Under the pieces are notes generated by a model, which was given only the letters and a program-made list of their open reading frames with translations, was not told the origin of the DNA and ran no database searches. DNA of 64,000 nt from Candidatus Eiseniibacteriota bacterium (GTDB taxonomy: Bacteria; Eisenbacteria; RBG-16-71-46), in the NCBI GenBank assembly GCA_963707915.1, contig OY970178.1, positions 2,432,001 through 2,496,000 on the forward strand. Reading direction: 5' to 3'. Each line of letters begins with the position of its first letter. Position 1 is the stretch's first letter. Below are positions 29,325 through 38,459 of this stretch, piece by piece. The position numbers and the translations under genes were made by a program.

Positions 29325-31484
29325 GTGAAACCCACGGTACGGGGTCCCGACCCACGGTCAGGTGCTTCCGCGTCCGGGATGGCCTCCACCGTTCCGCGCC
29401 GCCGGAAATGGCTTGCCGCCGGACTCGCCGTCCTCCTGGTGGCGGCACTGGTCTCGGCCGCGCACTGGCCGGTGCTGAGGGCGCAGGCCCTTTCGCTCGA
29501 CGACGACGCTTTCGTGACCTACAACCCGCTCGTCGGCCATCCCGGTTGGTCGTCGGTCGCGCGCTTCTTCCAGGAAGTGCTGCGCCCTTCCACGGTGAAG
29601 GGCTACTACCTGCCCCTTTCCATGACCTCCCTCATGGTGGACGTAGCCCTCGGCGGCCGGGCCGCCGATCTCACCGCCTTCCATCGCACGGCTCTCGTCT
29701 TGCACGCGCTCAATGCGGTACTGATCATGCTCATCCTCTACCGCCTCTTCGGCGCCATCGGTCCGGCAGCCATCGTCGCCCTTTTCTTCGGGTTGCATCC
29801 GCTCACCGTGGAACCGGTCGTCTGGATCGGCGAACGCAAGACCCTGCTGGCCACGTTCTTTGCCCTGGCATGCGTCCTGGCGTACCTCGAAGGTCTTCGC
29901 CGTGGCGGGCCCCTGTGGCGGACCGCTGCCTGGGCACTCTACGCGCTTGCGCTGCTGTCGAAGCCGACGGTGGTGATGCTTCCACTGCTGCTTCTGCTGC
30001 TGGACGCGTGGCCGCTGCGGCAGCTGCAATGGAGGACGGTGCGGGAGAAGTGGCCGTTCTTCCTTCTTTCTCTGGTCTCGGCCGCCATCACCCTCTTGTC
30101 GCACGAACGATCCGCCTCCATCAGGCCGATGGGCATGTCGGACTACCTGCAGTGGCCCGCGCAAGCGGGGTACCTGCTCGCGTTCTACCTCTCCAAGATC
30201 GTGTGGCCGGTGCAATTGACATCGGTCTACCCGCCACCCGATCCGTTCGGTCTCGCCAACCCAGTGGTCGCATTCGGCCTGGTGATCATCATCGCGCTCA
30301 CGACCATCCTCGTCCTGGTGGCACGGCGCGTGCCCGGACCGCTCGTGGGCTGGCTGTGGTTCGTCATCGCCATCATCCCGACGCTGGGCCTGGTGAAGTA
30401 CAGCTGGGTGATCGCTTCCGACAAGTACGTCTACTTCCCCGCGTTCGGATTCCTGATGGTGCTCTGTGCCGGGATCGGCGCGGTCTGGGACGGACGTCGT
30501 TCCTCCCGACTTGCGTCCCGGACCGTCCTGCTGATGTCTGCGGTGCTGCTCCTTGCCGCGGAGGCTCGCGGCGTGCGTGCGGCGCTTCGCCCATGGTCGA
30601 GCACCCTTGGGTTGTTTCATTACATGGAGAGCCTCGCACCGAAGTCACCCACGATCCAGAACTCGCTCGGCATCCTGATGATGCAAGCTTCGTCACCGGA
30701 CCAGGCCATCCCGCATTTCCGCCGAGCCGTGGAATACTCGGCCTATTTCCAGGAGGCTCGCTACAACCTGGGCCTCGCCCTGACCGCGAAGGGCGAGTCG
30801 GACGAGGCCATCCGGCAGCTTCGGTTGGCCTGCAGGCTCGTGCCTACCGATCCAGCGGCTGCCTATGGTCTGGGTGTGGCCCTGCGGCTCGCGGGCAGGA
30901 TCGACGAGGCTTCGCAGGAGTTCCAGCGGGCGCTCCAACTGGAGCCACGCAAGGTCGCGGCCTACGCACAAGTCGGCGACATGCTCGCGTTGGGTGGCCA
31001 CCTCGACGAGGCCTGTGACCAGTTCCGCCAGGCGATCGCGGTCGAACCGATGGACGCCGACCTGCGATTCAAGCTGGGAAGCGCCCTGGTGCTGACCAAT
31101 CGCCCGCAGGAGGCCGCCCGGGAACTGCGCGAAGCGGTGCGGCTCCGGGCCGACTGGGCCAAGGGCCTCAACGCGCTGGCCTGGCTGCTCGCCACCACCC
31201 CGGACCACGAATTGCGCGCGCCCGAGGAAGCTCTCCGCTTCGCCCAGAAGGCCTCGAGGCTGACCCGTGACCGGGACCCCGAGATCCTCGACACGGTCGC
31301 AGCCGCCCAGGCGGCGATGGGTCGCTTCGATGAAGCCACCGGGACCGCCCAGCGAGCCGTCGACCTGGCGACCGCAGCGCGCGCCAACGGGCTGGCACGC
31401 ATGATCCAGGACCGCCTGAGGCTCTACGAGCGGCGGACGGGCTACATCGAGGCGCCCGCACAGAGCTCCTTGCGGCCCCGGTAG
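29325..31484 (+). CDS. TMTC-like GT-C glycosyltransferase with TPR repeats
   Basis: SLDDDAFV, YYLPL, FHRT.L.LH..N, LHPL.VEPV.WI.ERK, SKP, SDKYVYFP, TPRs, LNALAWLLAT; start may be ATG 29379. Confidence 0.85.
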   Translation: MKPTVRGPDPRSGASASGMASTVPRRRKWLAAGLAVLLVAALVSAAHWPVLRAQALSLDDDAFVTYNPLVGHPGWSSVARFFQEVLRPSTVKGYYLPLSMTSLMVDVALGGRAADLTAFHRTALVLHALNAVLIMLILYRLFGAIGPAAIVALFFGLHPLTVEPVVWIGERKTLLATFFALACVLAYLEGLRRGGPLWRTAAWALYALALLSKPTVVMLPLLLLLLDAWPLRQLQWRTVREKWPFFLLSLVSAAITLLSHERSASIRPMGMSDYLQWPAQAGYLLAFYLSKIVWPVQLTSVYPPPDPFGLANPVVAFGLVIIIALTTILVLVARRVPGPLVGWLWFVIAIIPTLGLVKYSWVIASDKYVYFPAFGFLMVLCAGIGAVWDGRRSSRLASRTVLLMSAVLLLAAEARGVRAALRPWSSTLGLFHYMESLAPKSPTIQNSLGILMMQASSPDQAIPHFRRAVEYSAYFQEARYNLGLALTAKGESDEAIRQLRLACRLVPTDPAAAYGLGVALRLAGRIDEASQEFQRALQLEPRKVAAYAQVGDMLALGGHLDEACDQFRQAIAVEPMDADLRFKLGSALVLTNRPQEAARELREAVRLRADWAKGLNALAWLLATTPDHELRAPEEALRFAQKASRLTRDRDPEILDTVAAAQAAMGRFDEATGTAQRAVDLATAARANGLARMIQDRLRLYERRTGYIEAPAQSSLRPR

Positions 31485-31577
31485 GGACCGCGGGGAGATT
31501 CTTCGTCCCGGCCGGGCCCGGTGGTAGCCGGACACCGGACCAGGGGAGCAGCGGGGAGGGCTGCGCCCCTTCGCCCG

Positions 31578-32792
31578 CTACCGTCCGCCGCCCTTCGCCC
31601 CCGGCCCGGCGTAGTGCTCGCGCAGGCGGCGCGCGGCCTCGACCACGTCCTCCTTGCGCGTCGCGAGCGAGAGGCGGACGCGTTCGGGGAACGGACCGAA
31701 GGCGGTGCCCGGCAGCACCGCGACGCCCAGCTCGAGCCACTCGCGCACCAGGTCCCAGGTCGTGCGCCGCTCGAGCGCGCCCGAGACGTCGGCGAAGACG
31801 TAGAACGCCCCGTCCGGCTTCGGTGCGCGGATGGCGTTCAGGCCCTCGAGCCCGGCCAGGAGCGCGTCGCGCCGCGCCTGGTAGGCCTTGCGCATCGCGT
31901 CCACCGGCGCGTGCGGGCCCCGCAGCGCGGCGAGCCCGGCGATCTGCACCGCCGGGAACACCCCGTACGTGGTGAGCGCGCAGAGCGTCGGGCCCAGCAC
32001 CGGGCGCAGCGCCGGCGGCGAGACCACGTAGCCGAGGCGCCAGCCGGTCATGGCGTAGGTCTTGGAGAACGAGTAGACGCTGACGGTGCGCGCGGACATG
32101 CCGGACAGCGTCGCGATGCTCACGTGGGCGGCCCGGTCGAACAGGACGCTCTCGTAGGACTCGTCGCTCACCACCCACAGGTCGTGTTCGCGCGCCACCT
32201 CGGCGATCGCCTCGAGCTGCTCGAGCGTGAGCACCGCGCCGGTCGGGTTGTTGGGGGTGTTGAGGTAGATGCCGCGGGTCTCGGGCCGCAGGCTGGTGCG
32301 CAGCCGCGTGGCGAGTCCCTCGGGCGCGAGGCTGTCGTCCATGAGGTCGAGGTACGCCGGCACCGCGCGCCAGCGCGCGCCCTCGACCAGTCCGATCATG
32401 CGCGGAAGCATCATCCAGTAGGGCGAGAGCAGCAGGATCTCGTCGCCGGGCGAGAGCAGCGCCTGGAAGACCAACGACAGCGCGTGCGTCGCGCCCACGG
32501 TGATGACCACGTCCTCGGGGTGGCAGGAGATGCCGTTCTCGAGCGAGAGCTTCTCCGCCAGCGCCACGCGCAACGGCAGCACGCCGCCGGGATTGGCGTA
32601 GTGGGTCTCGCCCGCGCGCGTGGCGGCGGCGAGCGCCTCGACGATGTGGGGCGGCGTCTCGAAGTCGGGCTCGCCGCGCTCCAGGTGCAGGATGTGCTGC
32701 CCGGCGGCCTCGCGCACGGCTGCGGCGGCCATCACCTGGGCCAGGTCGGAAGGCGTGCGGAACACCTCGCGGTCGGCGACGAGCCGGGGCAT
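31578..32792 (-). CDS. PLP-dependent aminotransferase class I/II (AspC-like)
   Basis: GEPDF.TP, NTPNNPTG, SDESY, SFSKTYAMTGWRLGY, GAFY.F, PG.AFG....RLS. Confidence 0.92.
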   Translation of the reverse strand: MPRLVADREVFRTPSDLAQVMAAAAVREAAGQHILHLERGEPDFETPPHIVEALAAATRAGETHYANPGGVLPLRVALAEKLSLENGISCHPEDVVITVGATHALSLVFQALLSPGDEILLLSPYWMMLPRMIGLVEGARWRAVPAYLDLMDDSLAPEGLATRLRTSLRPETRGIYLNTPNNPTGAVLTLEQLEAIAEVAREHDLWVVSDESYESVLFDRAAHVSIATLSGMSARTVSVYSFSKTYAMTGWRLGYVVSPPALRPVLGPTLCALTTYGVFPAVQIAGLAALRGPHAPVDAMRKAYQARRDALLAGLEGLNAIRAPKPDGAFYVFADVSGALERRTTWDLVREWLELGVAVLPGTAFGPFPERVRLSLATRKEDVVEAARRLREHYAGPGAKGGGR

Positions 32793-32951
32793 GGGGCCAT
32801 TCCTCCGGGGGGAGCGCAAGTGGAGAACGGCGAGAATCTTAGCACGGGCGGCGCCCGGCGCCGCCGGGAACCCGCCGGGCCCGGCGGCGGCACACGCTTT
32901 GCCTTTCCCGGGCGTCCTCTATCGACTGGCACCCTCCGGAGGGAATCACCC

Positions 32952-34313
32952 GTGTCCAAGTTCGACCTGCGCGACATCTCGGACCGTCTGACCGGGTCCC
33001 GGGACACCGAGGCCCTGGTCTACGAGTTCCTGGGCTATCTGCAAGCGGTACAACCGGATTGGCGCGCCTCGCTGGCGTTCTACGAGGTCAGCCGGGACGC
33101 CCTGGTCAGCGTCTACCACCGGGCGGGCCAGCGACTCGTCCGCCGGGACATCAACCTGCCGGTGGACGAGTTGCCCGCCCGGCTCGTGCGGAAGTTCTTC
33201 CACCCCAGTGCATTTTTCAATCCCGCCGAGCGCCGCAGCCTGCTGACCCACGTCTTCGGCAGCTCGCCGGCCTACGAACCCGACCCGCTCGAGGCCCCCG
33301 GATTGACCACCCTGACCGCCACCGATTTCTGGCACGCCTGCGTCTGCCTGCCGATGGCCGACGCCGAGGACGTGCTCGCGCTGCTGGTGATCGTGAGCGA
33401 GAAGCGCGGCGCCTTCGGCGGCAAGGCGGTCGCCGACCTCATCCCGGTCAAGAGCATGGCCGCGCTCGCGCTGTCCCAGCACCTCCACCGCGCGGGGCGC
33501 ACGCGCTCGACCGACCCGGCCGTGCCCGCGTCCGCCGCCGAGTTCCAGGACCGCATCCAGCAACTGCACGCGCGCAGCGAGAAGCTCGAGGCGGAGAACC
33601 AGACCAAGGCCCAGCAGCTCGAGGCGCTGACGCAGGAGATCGAGCATCTCGACAAGAGCTCGACCCAGTACCAGCAGGAACTGGACCGCGTGAAGACCGC
33701 GCTGTTCGCGCTCGAGGAACAGGCGGGGGCCGCGACCGAGCACCTGACCGACGCCTACTCCGAGCTGAACTCGACGCGCGCCACGGCCGCCGAGCTGAAG
33801 CGCACCGTGGGCTTCATGAAGGAGGTCTTCGAGCTGCTCTCGCAGGAGCACGACCCGGCCGCCCTGCCCGACACGCTGGTCCAGTGGCTCTGCGAGCAGT
33901 TCCAGATCGAGCGCTGCAGCATGATGCTGCTCGACGCGCAGAAGGAGACGCTCTCCATCGCCGCCCAGCGCGGCATCGACCCGAACGTGGCGGGCAAGGC
34001 GAAGATGCGGGTGGGGCAGGGCATCGCCGGCTGGGTCGCGCACAACCGCAAGCCGCTGTTCGTGCGGGTGCGCGACGAGGCCGATCCGGCGCCGCACACC
34101 GACCAGGACGCCTACAACTCGGATTCGTTCATCTGCGTGCCGGTCACCCACAACAGCCAGGTGTGCGGCGTGCTCAACCTGAGCAACAAGCGGGACGGCG
34201 AGGCCTTCGACGAGTTCGACCTCGACCGCGCGATGCTGGCGGGCTCGATCATCGCCATGACGCTGGCCAGCCAGGAGCAGGTGCGCCGCGCGGCCAGCAC
34301 GACCTGGGCCTAG
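32952..34313 (+). CDS. GAF-like / coiled-coil / GAF domain protein
   Basis: GTG start after GGAGGG; central Q/E-rich coiled coil; C-terminal GAF (ERCSMML.D, VGQGIAGWVA, SFICVP....V.GVLNL.NK..G..F...D). Confidence 0.8.
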   Translation: MSKFDLRDISDRLTGSRDTEALVYEFLGYLQAVQPDWRASLAFYEVSRDALVSVYHRAGQRLVRRDINLPVDELPARLVRKFFHPSAFFNPAERRSLLTHVFGSSPAYEPDPLEAPGLTTLTATDFWHACVCLPMADAEDVLALLVIVSEKRGAFGGKAVADLIPVKSMAALALSQHLHRAGRTRSTDPAVPASAAEFQDRIQQLHARSEKLEAENQTKAQQLEALTQEIEHLDKSSTQYQQELDRVKTALFALEEQAGAATEHLTDAYSELNSTRATAAELKRTVGFMKEVFELLSQEHDPAALPDTLVQWLCEQFQIERCSMMLLDAQKETLSIAAQRGIDPNVAGKAKMRVGQGIAGWVAHNRKPLFVRVRDEADPAPHTDQDAYNSDSFICVPVTHNSQVCGVLNLSNKRDGEAFDEFDLDRAMLAGSIIAMTLASQEQVRRAASTTWA

Positions 34314-34409
34314 ACCCCCGCTCGCTCCCGCGGCAAGACCGCGGCCCGGCGCCATCCTGGTGCCGGGCCGCGTCGTTCGGGACGGGCTGGGTGCGCGCGA
34401 ATCCCTTCT

Positions 34410-34955
34410 CTACATGGCCTTCCGACCCGAGATCACGACGGCGTCGAGCTTGCTGATGGTCACCGTCATGTCGGTGACCGCGGTGGTGATGTTGACCTGG
34501 TCCAGGACCACTCTCAACTGGAGTTCCTTCCGCGTGAACAGCCGGGCCACGTCCGGGCCGCCGTCGGTGGTGACATCGACGATCGCGGGCTGCCCCGCGG
34601 CGAACGTCACGGGCACGTCCATGACCGGAGTGGTCGATGAGGTGCCCACCTCGCTCAGGTAGAGCTTGAACCGGCCGGAACCGGCACCGCTCACGACGGT
34701 CACGCTGCCGCCCAGCGAGAGCGTGACGGACTTGACCTCGGCCGCCTTGTCCAGCCCTTCGATCAGGTTGATGGGCATGTCCAGGATCGGCACCTGGCCC
34801 TCGACCCCGACCGCCGGCACGGACGGCACGTTGATGACCCGCTGCGCGGCGTCGAGGTAGCTCAACACGTCGACCTTGAGCACCAGGTTGTGGTCGCCGC
34901 AGCCGGCCAGGGCCAGCGCGGCCACCGCGATGACGACGAAAACACGCGTGCGCAT
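34410..34955 (-). CDS. Hypothetical lipoprotein
   Basis: Lipobox LAGC after hydrophobic stretch; AGGAGG RBS; beta-rich. Confidence 0.75.
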   Translation of the reverse strand: MRTRVFVVIAVAALALAGCGDHNLVLKVDVLSYLDAAQRVINVPSVPAVGVEGQVPILDMPINLIEGLDKAAEVKSVTLSLGGSVTVVSGAGSGRFKLYLSEVGTSSTTPVMDVPVTFAAGQPAIVDVTTDGGPDVARLFTRKELQLRVVLDQVNITTAVTDMTVTISKLDAVVISGRKAM

Positions 34956-34963
34956 GGCTCCTC

Positions 34964-36265
34964 CTAGCGGTAGAACGCGAGCCCGGCCCCGAGCTCGAGG
35001 CCGCGTTCACGCGAGAGATTGCGACTGTTGCTGGCGACGGCGAGGTCCACGCCGAAGTTGCCGAGGCGCAGCCCGGTCCCCACGGAATACTGGATCAGTT
35101 CGTTCGCGTCGAGGCACGTGCCGGCCCGCAGCGCGATGCCCTTGCTCAGCCACGTCTCGGCGCCCAGGTGCCCCGTCGTCTCGTGGACGCCGCGCACGAC
35201 GTCGCCCGCGACCAGGAAGCGCCCCAGGCGCACCGCGGCGTTCGCCACCGCGGTGGTGGGCACCGTGCTCGTCCGGGAGACGTCCGGCGTCTTGACCTCG
35301 TCCTCGTCGTTCCGGGACACCGTCTTCTCCGTGGTCCAGTCGAAGGTCGTGCCGATGTCGTTGACGCCCAGGCCGACCTCGGCGCCCCCGGCCATCCAGA
35401 CCGCGCCCAGGTCGAGGCCACGGCCCATGCCGCCGCCCTCGGGGCCGGTGGTGTAGGTCGTGCTCTCGTAGTTGGCGTCCAGCGCCGCCGCGAACAGCGT
35501 GTCGCCGGTGGTGAAGGCCACCGAGTTCTCCACGCTCGCGTAGGCGAGGCCGCGCATCAGCTTCACGCGCGCGCCGGCGTAGAGCCCCATGCCCTTGCCG
35601 CGGGGATCGCCCACCTGCATCAGCGGCGCGGCCCAGCCCAGGTGCACGCCGGCCGCGGCCTGCCCCACGCCCTGGTCGCGCATCTCGTAGGCGGTGTGGG
35701 GGCGGAACTCCTCGCCGTTGATCGCGCCGCGCAGGTTGTCGTTGAAGGAGAGCTCGTTGTCGTAGTGGACCAGCGGAGCGGCGGAGAGGAAGAAGCGCTT
35801 GACGCCGAAGCCCAGCGCCGGGCCGTTGACGACCGCGCCCGTCCGGCTCTCGTCCTTGGGCAGGACGTTCCGCACCTCGCCCAGGTCCACCGCGAGGTGG
35901 TCCTTGCCGATCTCGATCGTGATGTCGTTGCCCGGCACGGCGGGCGGGGAGAGCTGCAGGTTCCAGGGCGGGTTGTAGAGCAGGTTCGCCAGCTCGTAGA
36001 CGTTGAAGTCGGCGTTGTCGGGATCGAATTCGGGCGGGTCGGCGAGGAGCTGGACCACGCCGATCGGCAGCGGCAGCACGCTGCACGAGTTGGGGGCCCT
36101 CGGAACGGCCCGGTAGGCCACGTTCGCCCCCGAGCTGCCGGCTCCGCCGCCGGCCAGAATCACACCGCCCATGGCCATGCGCCTTGCGCTGAAGGTCTGG
36201 GCTTCGGCCACCCCACCACCCAACAGGGCGACCAGCAGGAAGAGCGGCAACACACGACGGAACAT
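34964..36265 (-). CDS. Putative outer-membrane beta-barrel protein
   Basis: Signal peptide, SARRMAMGG N-terminus, G.GLDLGA, alternating strands, C-terminal ELGAGLAFYR; AAGGAG RBS. Confidence 0.65.
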   Translation of the reverse strand: MFRRVLPLFLLVALLGGGVAEAQTFSARRMAMGGVILAGGGAGSSGANVAYRAVPRAPNSCSVLPLPIGVVQLLADPPEFDPDNADFNVYELANLLYNPPWNLQLSPPAVPGNDITIEIGKDHLAVDLGEVRNVLPKDESRTGAVVNGPALGFGVKRFFLSAAPLVHYDNELSFNDNLRGAINGEEFRPHTAYEMRDQGVGQAAAGVHLGWAAPLMQVGDPRGKGMGLYAGARVKLMRGLAYASVENSVAFTTGDTLFAAALDANYESTTYTTGPEGGGMGRGLDLGAVWMAGGAEVGLGVNDIGTTFDWTTEKTVSRNDEDEVKTPDVSRTSTVPTTAVANAAVRLGRFLVAGDVVRGVHETTGHLGAETWLSKGIALRAGTCLDANELIQYSVGTGLRLGNFGVDLAVASNSRNLSRERGLELGAGLAFYR

Positions 36266-36411
36266 GCGCTTGAACTCCTTGGATAGGGTGGTCCCGGGGC
36301 CAATCCAGCGTTCAACCGGCAGCGGAGACAGCAAGGACCAGTCCAACGCGCAGGAGCCTCCGCCGCCCCGCGGCACGGGCGGACTGCCGGGCCGCGCCCG
36401 GCCGGTCCAGG

Positions 36412-36918
36412 CTAGTGCCGTCCGAAATGGTCCTTCAGCGCCTGGCGGTGCGCGGCGAACGCGATCGCCTTCGGGAGGCGGGCGCGCGGGAACCACCGGG
36501 CCTCCAGCGCGTCGTCGCCCGCGCGCAGCCGCCCGCCCGCACGCTCGGCGGAGTAGAGGATGAGCACGGCGCGGGCGCGCGGATCGTCCATGCCGGCGTA
36601 GACCCCGAAGAGACCGGTGAGCCGGACCACCAGGCCGGTCTCCTCTTCGACCTCGCGCACCGCGCAGTGCTCCGGGGTCTCGCCGGATTCCATGAAGCCC
36701 GCCGGCAGGCACCACGCCCCGGCGCGCGGCGCGTACCTGCGCTTCACCATGAGCACCTCGCCCGCGCGCTCGAGGATCACGCCCGCCGCGGGCACCGGGT
36801 TGTGGTAGTGGACCCAGCCGCACAGCGGGCAGGTCGGGCGCGCGTGGCCGTGGTCGTCGAGCTTCTCGAGCGGGGTGGCACAGCACGGGCAGTAGCGGAA
36901 CGGCAGGCGCTTCGGCAT
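36412..36918 (-). CDS. NUDIX hydrolase with N-terminal zinc ribbon
   Basis: YCPCC...CPLCG..HY.NP; Nudix box GFMESGETPEHCAVREVEEETGL. Confidence 0.92.
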   Translation of the reverse strand: MPKRLPFRYCPCCATPLEKLDDHGHARPTCPLCGWVHYHNPVPAAGVILERAGEVLMVKRRYAPRAGAWCLPAGFMESGETPEHCAVREVEEETGLVVRLTGLFGVYAGMDDPRARAVLILYSAERAGGRLRAGDDALEARWFPRARLPKAIAFAAHRQALKDHFGRH

Positions 36919-37124
36919 GGGAGGACGACACTACGCGCCGCCCGACGCTCCCCGCAACCAAGGAAGAAGACCCGGCCGCTGTTCTGGCCGGGTCCCTCCG
37001 GCGCAACCGGTTCGGGACGTCGCGCTGCACCTTCCCGCTCGATCAGACACCCCGTCTGACGCCTTCTCGAGGATGCGGGTCGGATCGATCGTCCTTCCGT
37101 GTCGCGCTCGCTGTTCGGCGCCGG

Positions 37125-38249
37125 CTAGTCCTTGCCGGCGTCCTGCCGCGGTTCGTCGAGCCGCTGCCGCAGCTCTTCCAACCGCTCCTTCAGTTGGTCC
37201 AGCTCGTGTCGCAGATCGCTGCGGTCCGTCCCCCGCAGGATGATCCGCTTCTGGACCCCGGGGCGGTCCCCGAGCTCATCTCCGAAGACCCGGATGCTGG
37301 TTGGCTCGGTCCTCTCGAGTTCCGCCTCGATGGTGCGCGGCGTGCCGTGACGAACGACCCGCAGCGCGACCCTGCCATCCTTACCCCGCAAGGCGGCCAC
37401 GAGGTCCGTCCCTTCCGCCACGGTCTCCTGGTCGACCCCGGTGACGACATCTCCCGCCTCGAGGCCGGCCCGTGCGGCCGGGGTGTCCTTCAGGACCTCG
37501 AGCACCAGCACCCCCTTGCCATCCTTGAGCCCGAAGTATTCACCCAGCTTGGGGTTGAGCGATTCGATGCGCACCCCGAGCCGCCCGCGGGGCGCCATGC
37601 CCATGGCGCCGAGGGCGCCCCCCGAAAGGTCGAGTCCCTGGAGCCCTTCGAGCCCCTTGAGCTCGTCGAGCTTCTCGAGATCCTTCAGGCCGTCGGGGCC
37701 GCGGACGACGATCCGCTTCACGCGCCGCTGTCCGTCCGGCGACGGGAGCGCGTGCCCGTGCGGGTTCACCAGCACGTGCGGAGATTCGGGGGCTTCGGGC
37801 GCTTCGGGCGCTTCGGGCGCCTCGGGGGCCTCGGGGGCCTCGGGCGCTTCCTCGCGGTACCTCTCCTCGTCGGGGCGGGCGGCCGGCCACACCGAGACGA
37901 TGCGCCGCTCGCCGTCGCGGAAGACCTCGACCGACAGGCTCCGGCCCACCCGGCCCGCGCGGACGATCTCCTGCAGCCGGGCGGGCGAATCCACCGTGCG
38001 CGAGTCGACGCGCACGATCACGTCGCCCTGCCGCAGTCCGGCCCGGTCCGCGGGACCGTCCGCGACGACGCGGCTCAGGAGCACGCCGCCGTCCCCCCGG
38101 TAGCCCAGCCCCTCGCGCAGCTCGGGCGTGAGCTGCTGCATGTAGACTCCCAGCCACGGGGTCTGCTCGACAGCGGCGCGGGCGTGATCCGCTCCCGCGA
38201 GCCCGACGACGAGCAGCAACCCCGTGATCAGCGCGGTGTTCTTTCGCAT
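37125..38249 (-). CDS. Exported tandem-PDZ domain protein
   Basis: Signal peptide; two PDZ domains (WLGV...GPA.RAGL..GDVI; RLGV...TPA.RAGL.AGDVV); C-terminal coiled coil; no protease domain. Confidence 0.85.
   Translation of the reverse strand: MRKNTALITGLLLVVGLAGADHARAAVEQTPWLGVYMQQLTPELREGLGYRGDGGVLLSRVVADGPADRAGLRQGDVIVRVDSRTVDSPARLQEIVRAGRVGRSLSVEVFRDGERRIVSVWPAARPDEERYREEAPEAPEAPEAPEAPEAPEAPESPHVLVNPHGHALPSPDGQRRVKRIVVRGPDGLKDLEKLDELKGLEGLQGLDLSGGALGAMGMAPRGRLGVRIESLNPKLGEYFGLKDGKGVLVLEVLKDTPAARAGLEAGDVVTGVDQETVAEGTDLVAALRGKDGRVALRVVRHGTPRTIEAELERTEPTSIRVFGDELGDRPGVQKRIILRGTDRSDLRHELDQLKERLEELRQRLDEPRQDAGKD
37785..37850 (-). repeat. 9-bp coding tandem repeat (EAP)x7
   Basis: EAPEAPEAPEAPEAPEAPEAP linker between the PDZ domains. 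Confidence 0.9.
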
Positions 38250-38459
38250 GGCTTTCCTCCTGTGCTAGCGTCCCAGCCCGGACGACCCGATAGCCCGCGC
38301 CTGCGAGCGCGATCGTCCCGGCATCGGCGGGGTCGTTCGACCGGCCGCCTGTTCGGCGCGTCGGCAGGTCGGACGACCGCTGTCACCCAGTCTGACACGG
38401 CGAACCGGCGAATCGTTGCCAATACCCTCCCACCGCGGATTCTCCCGCGCCCCGACGCG

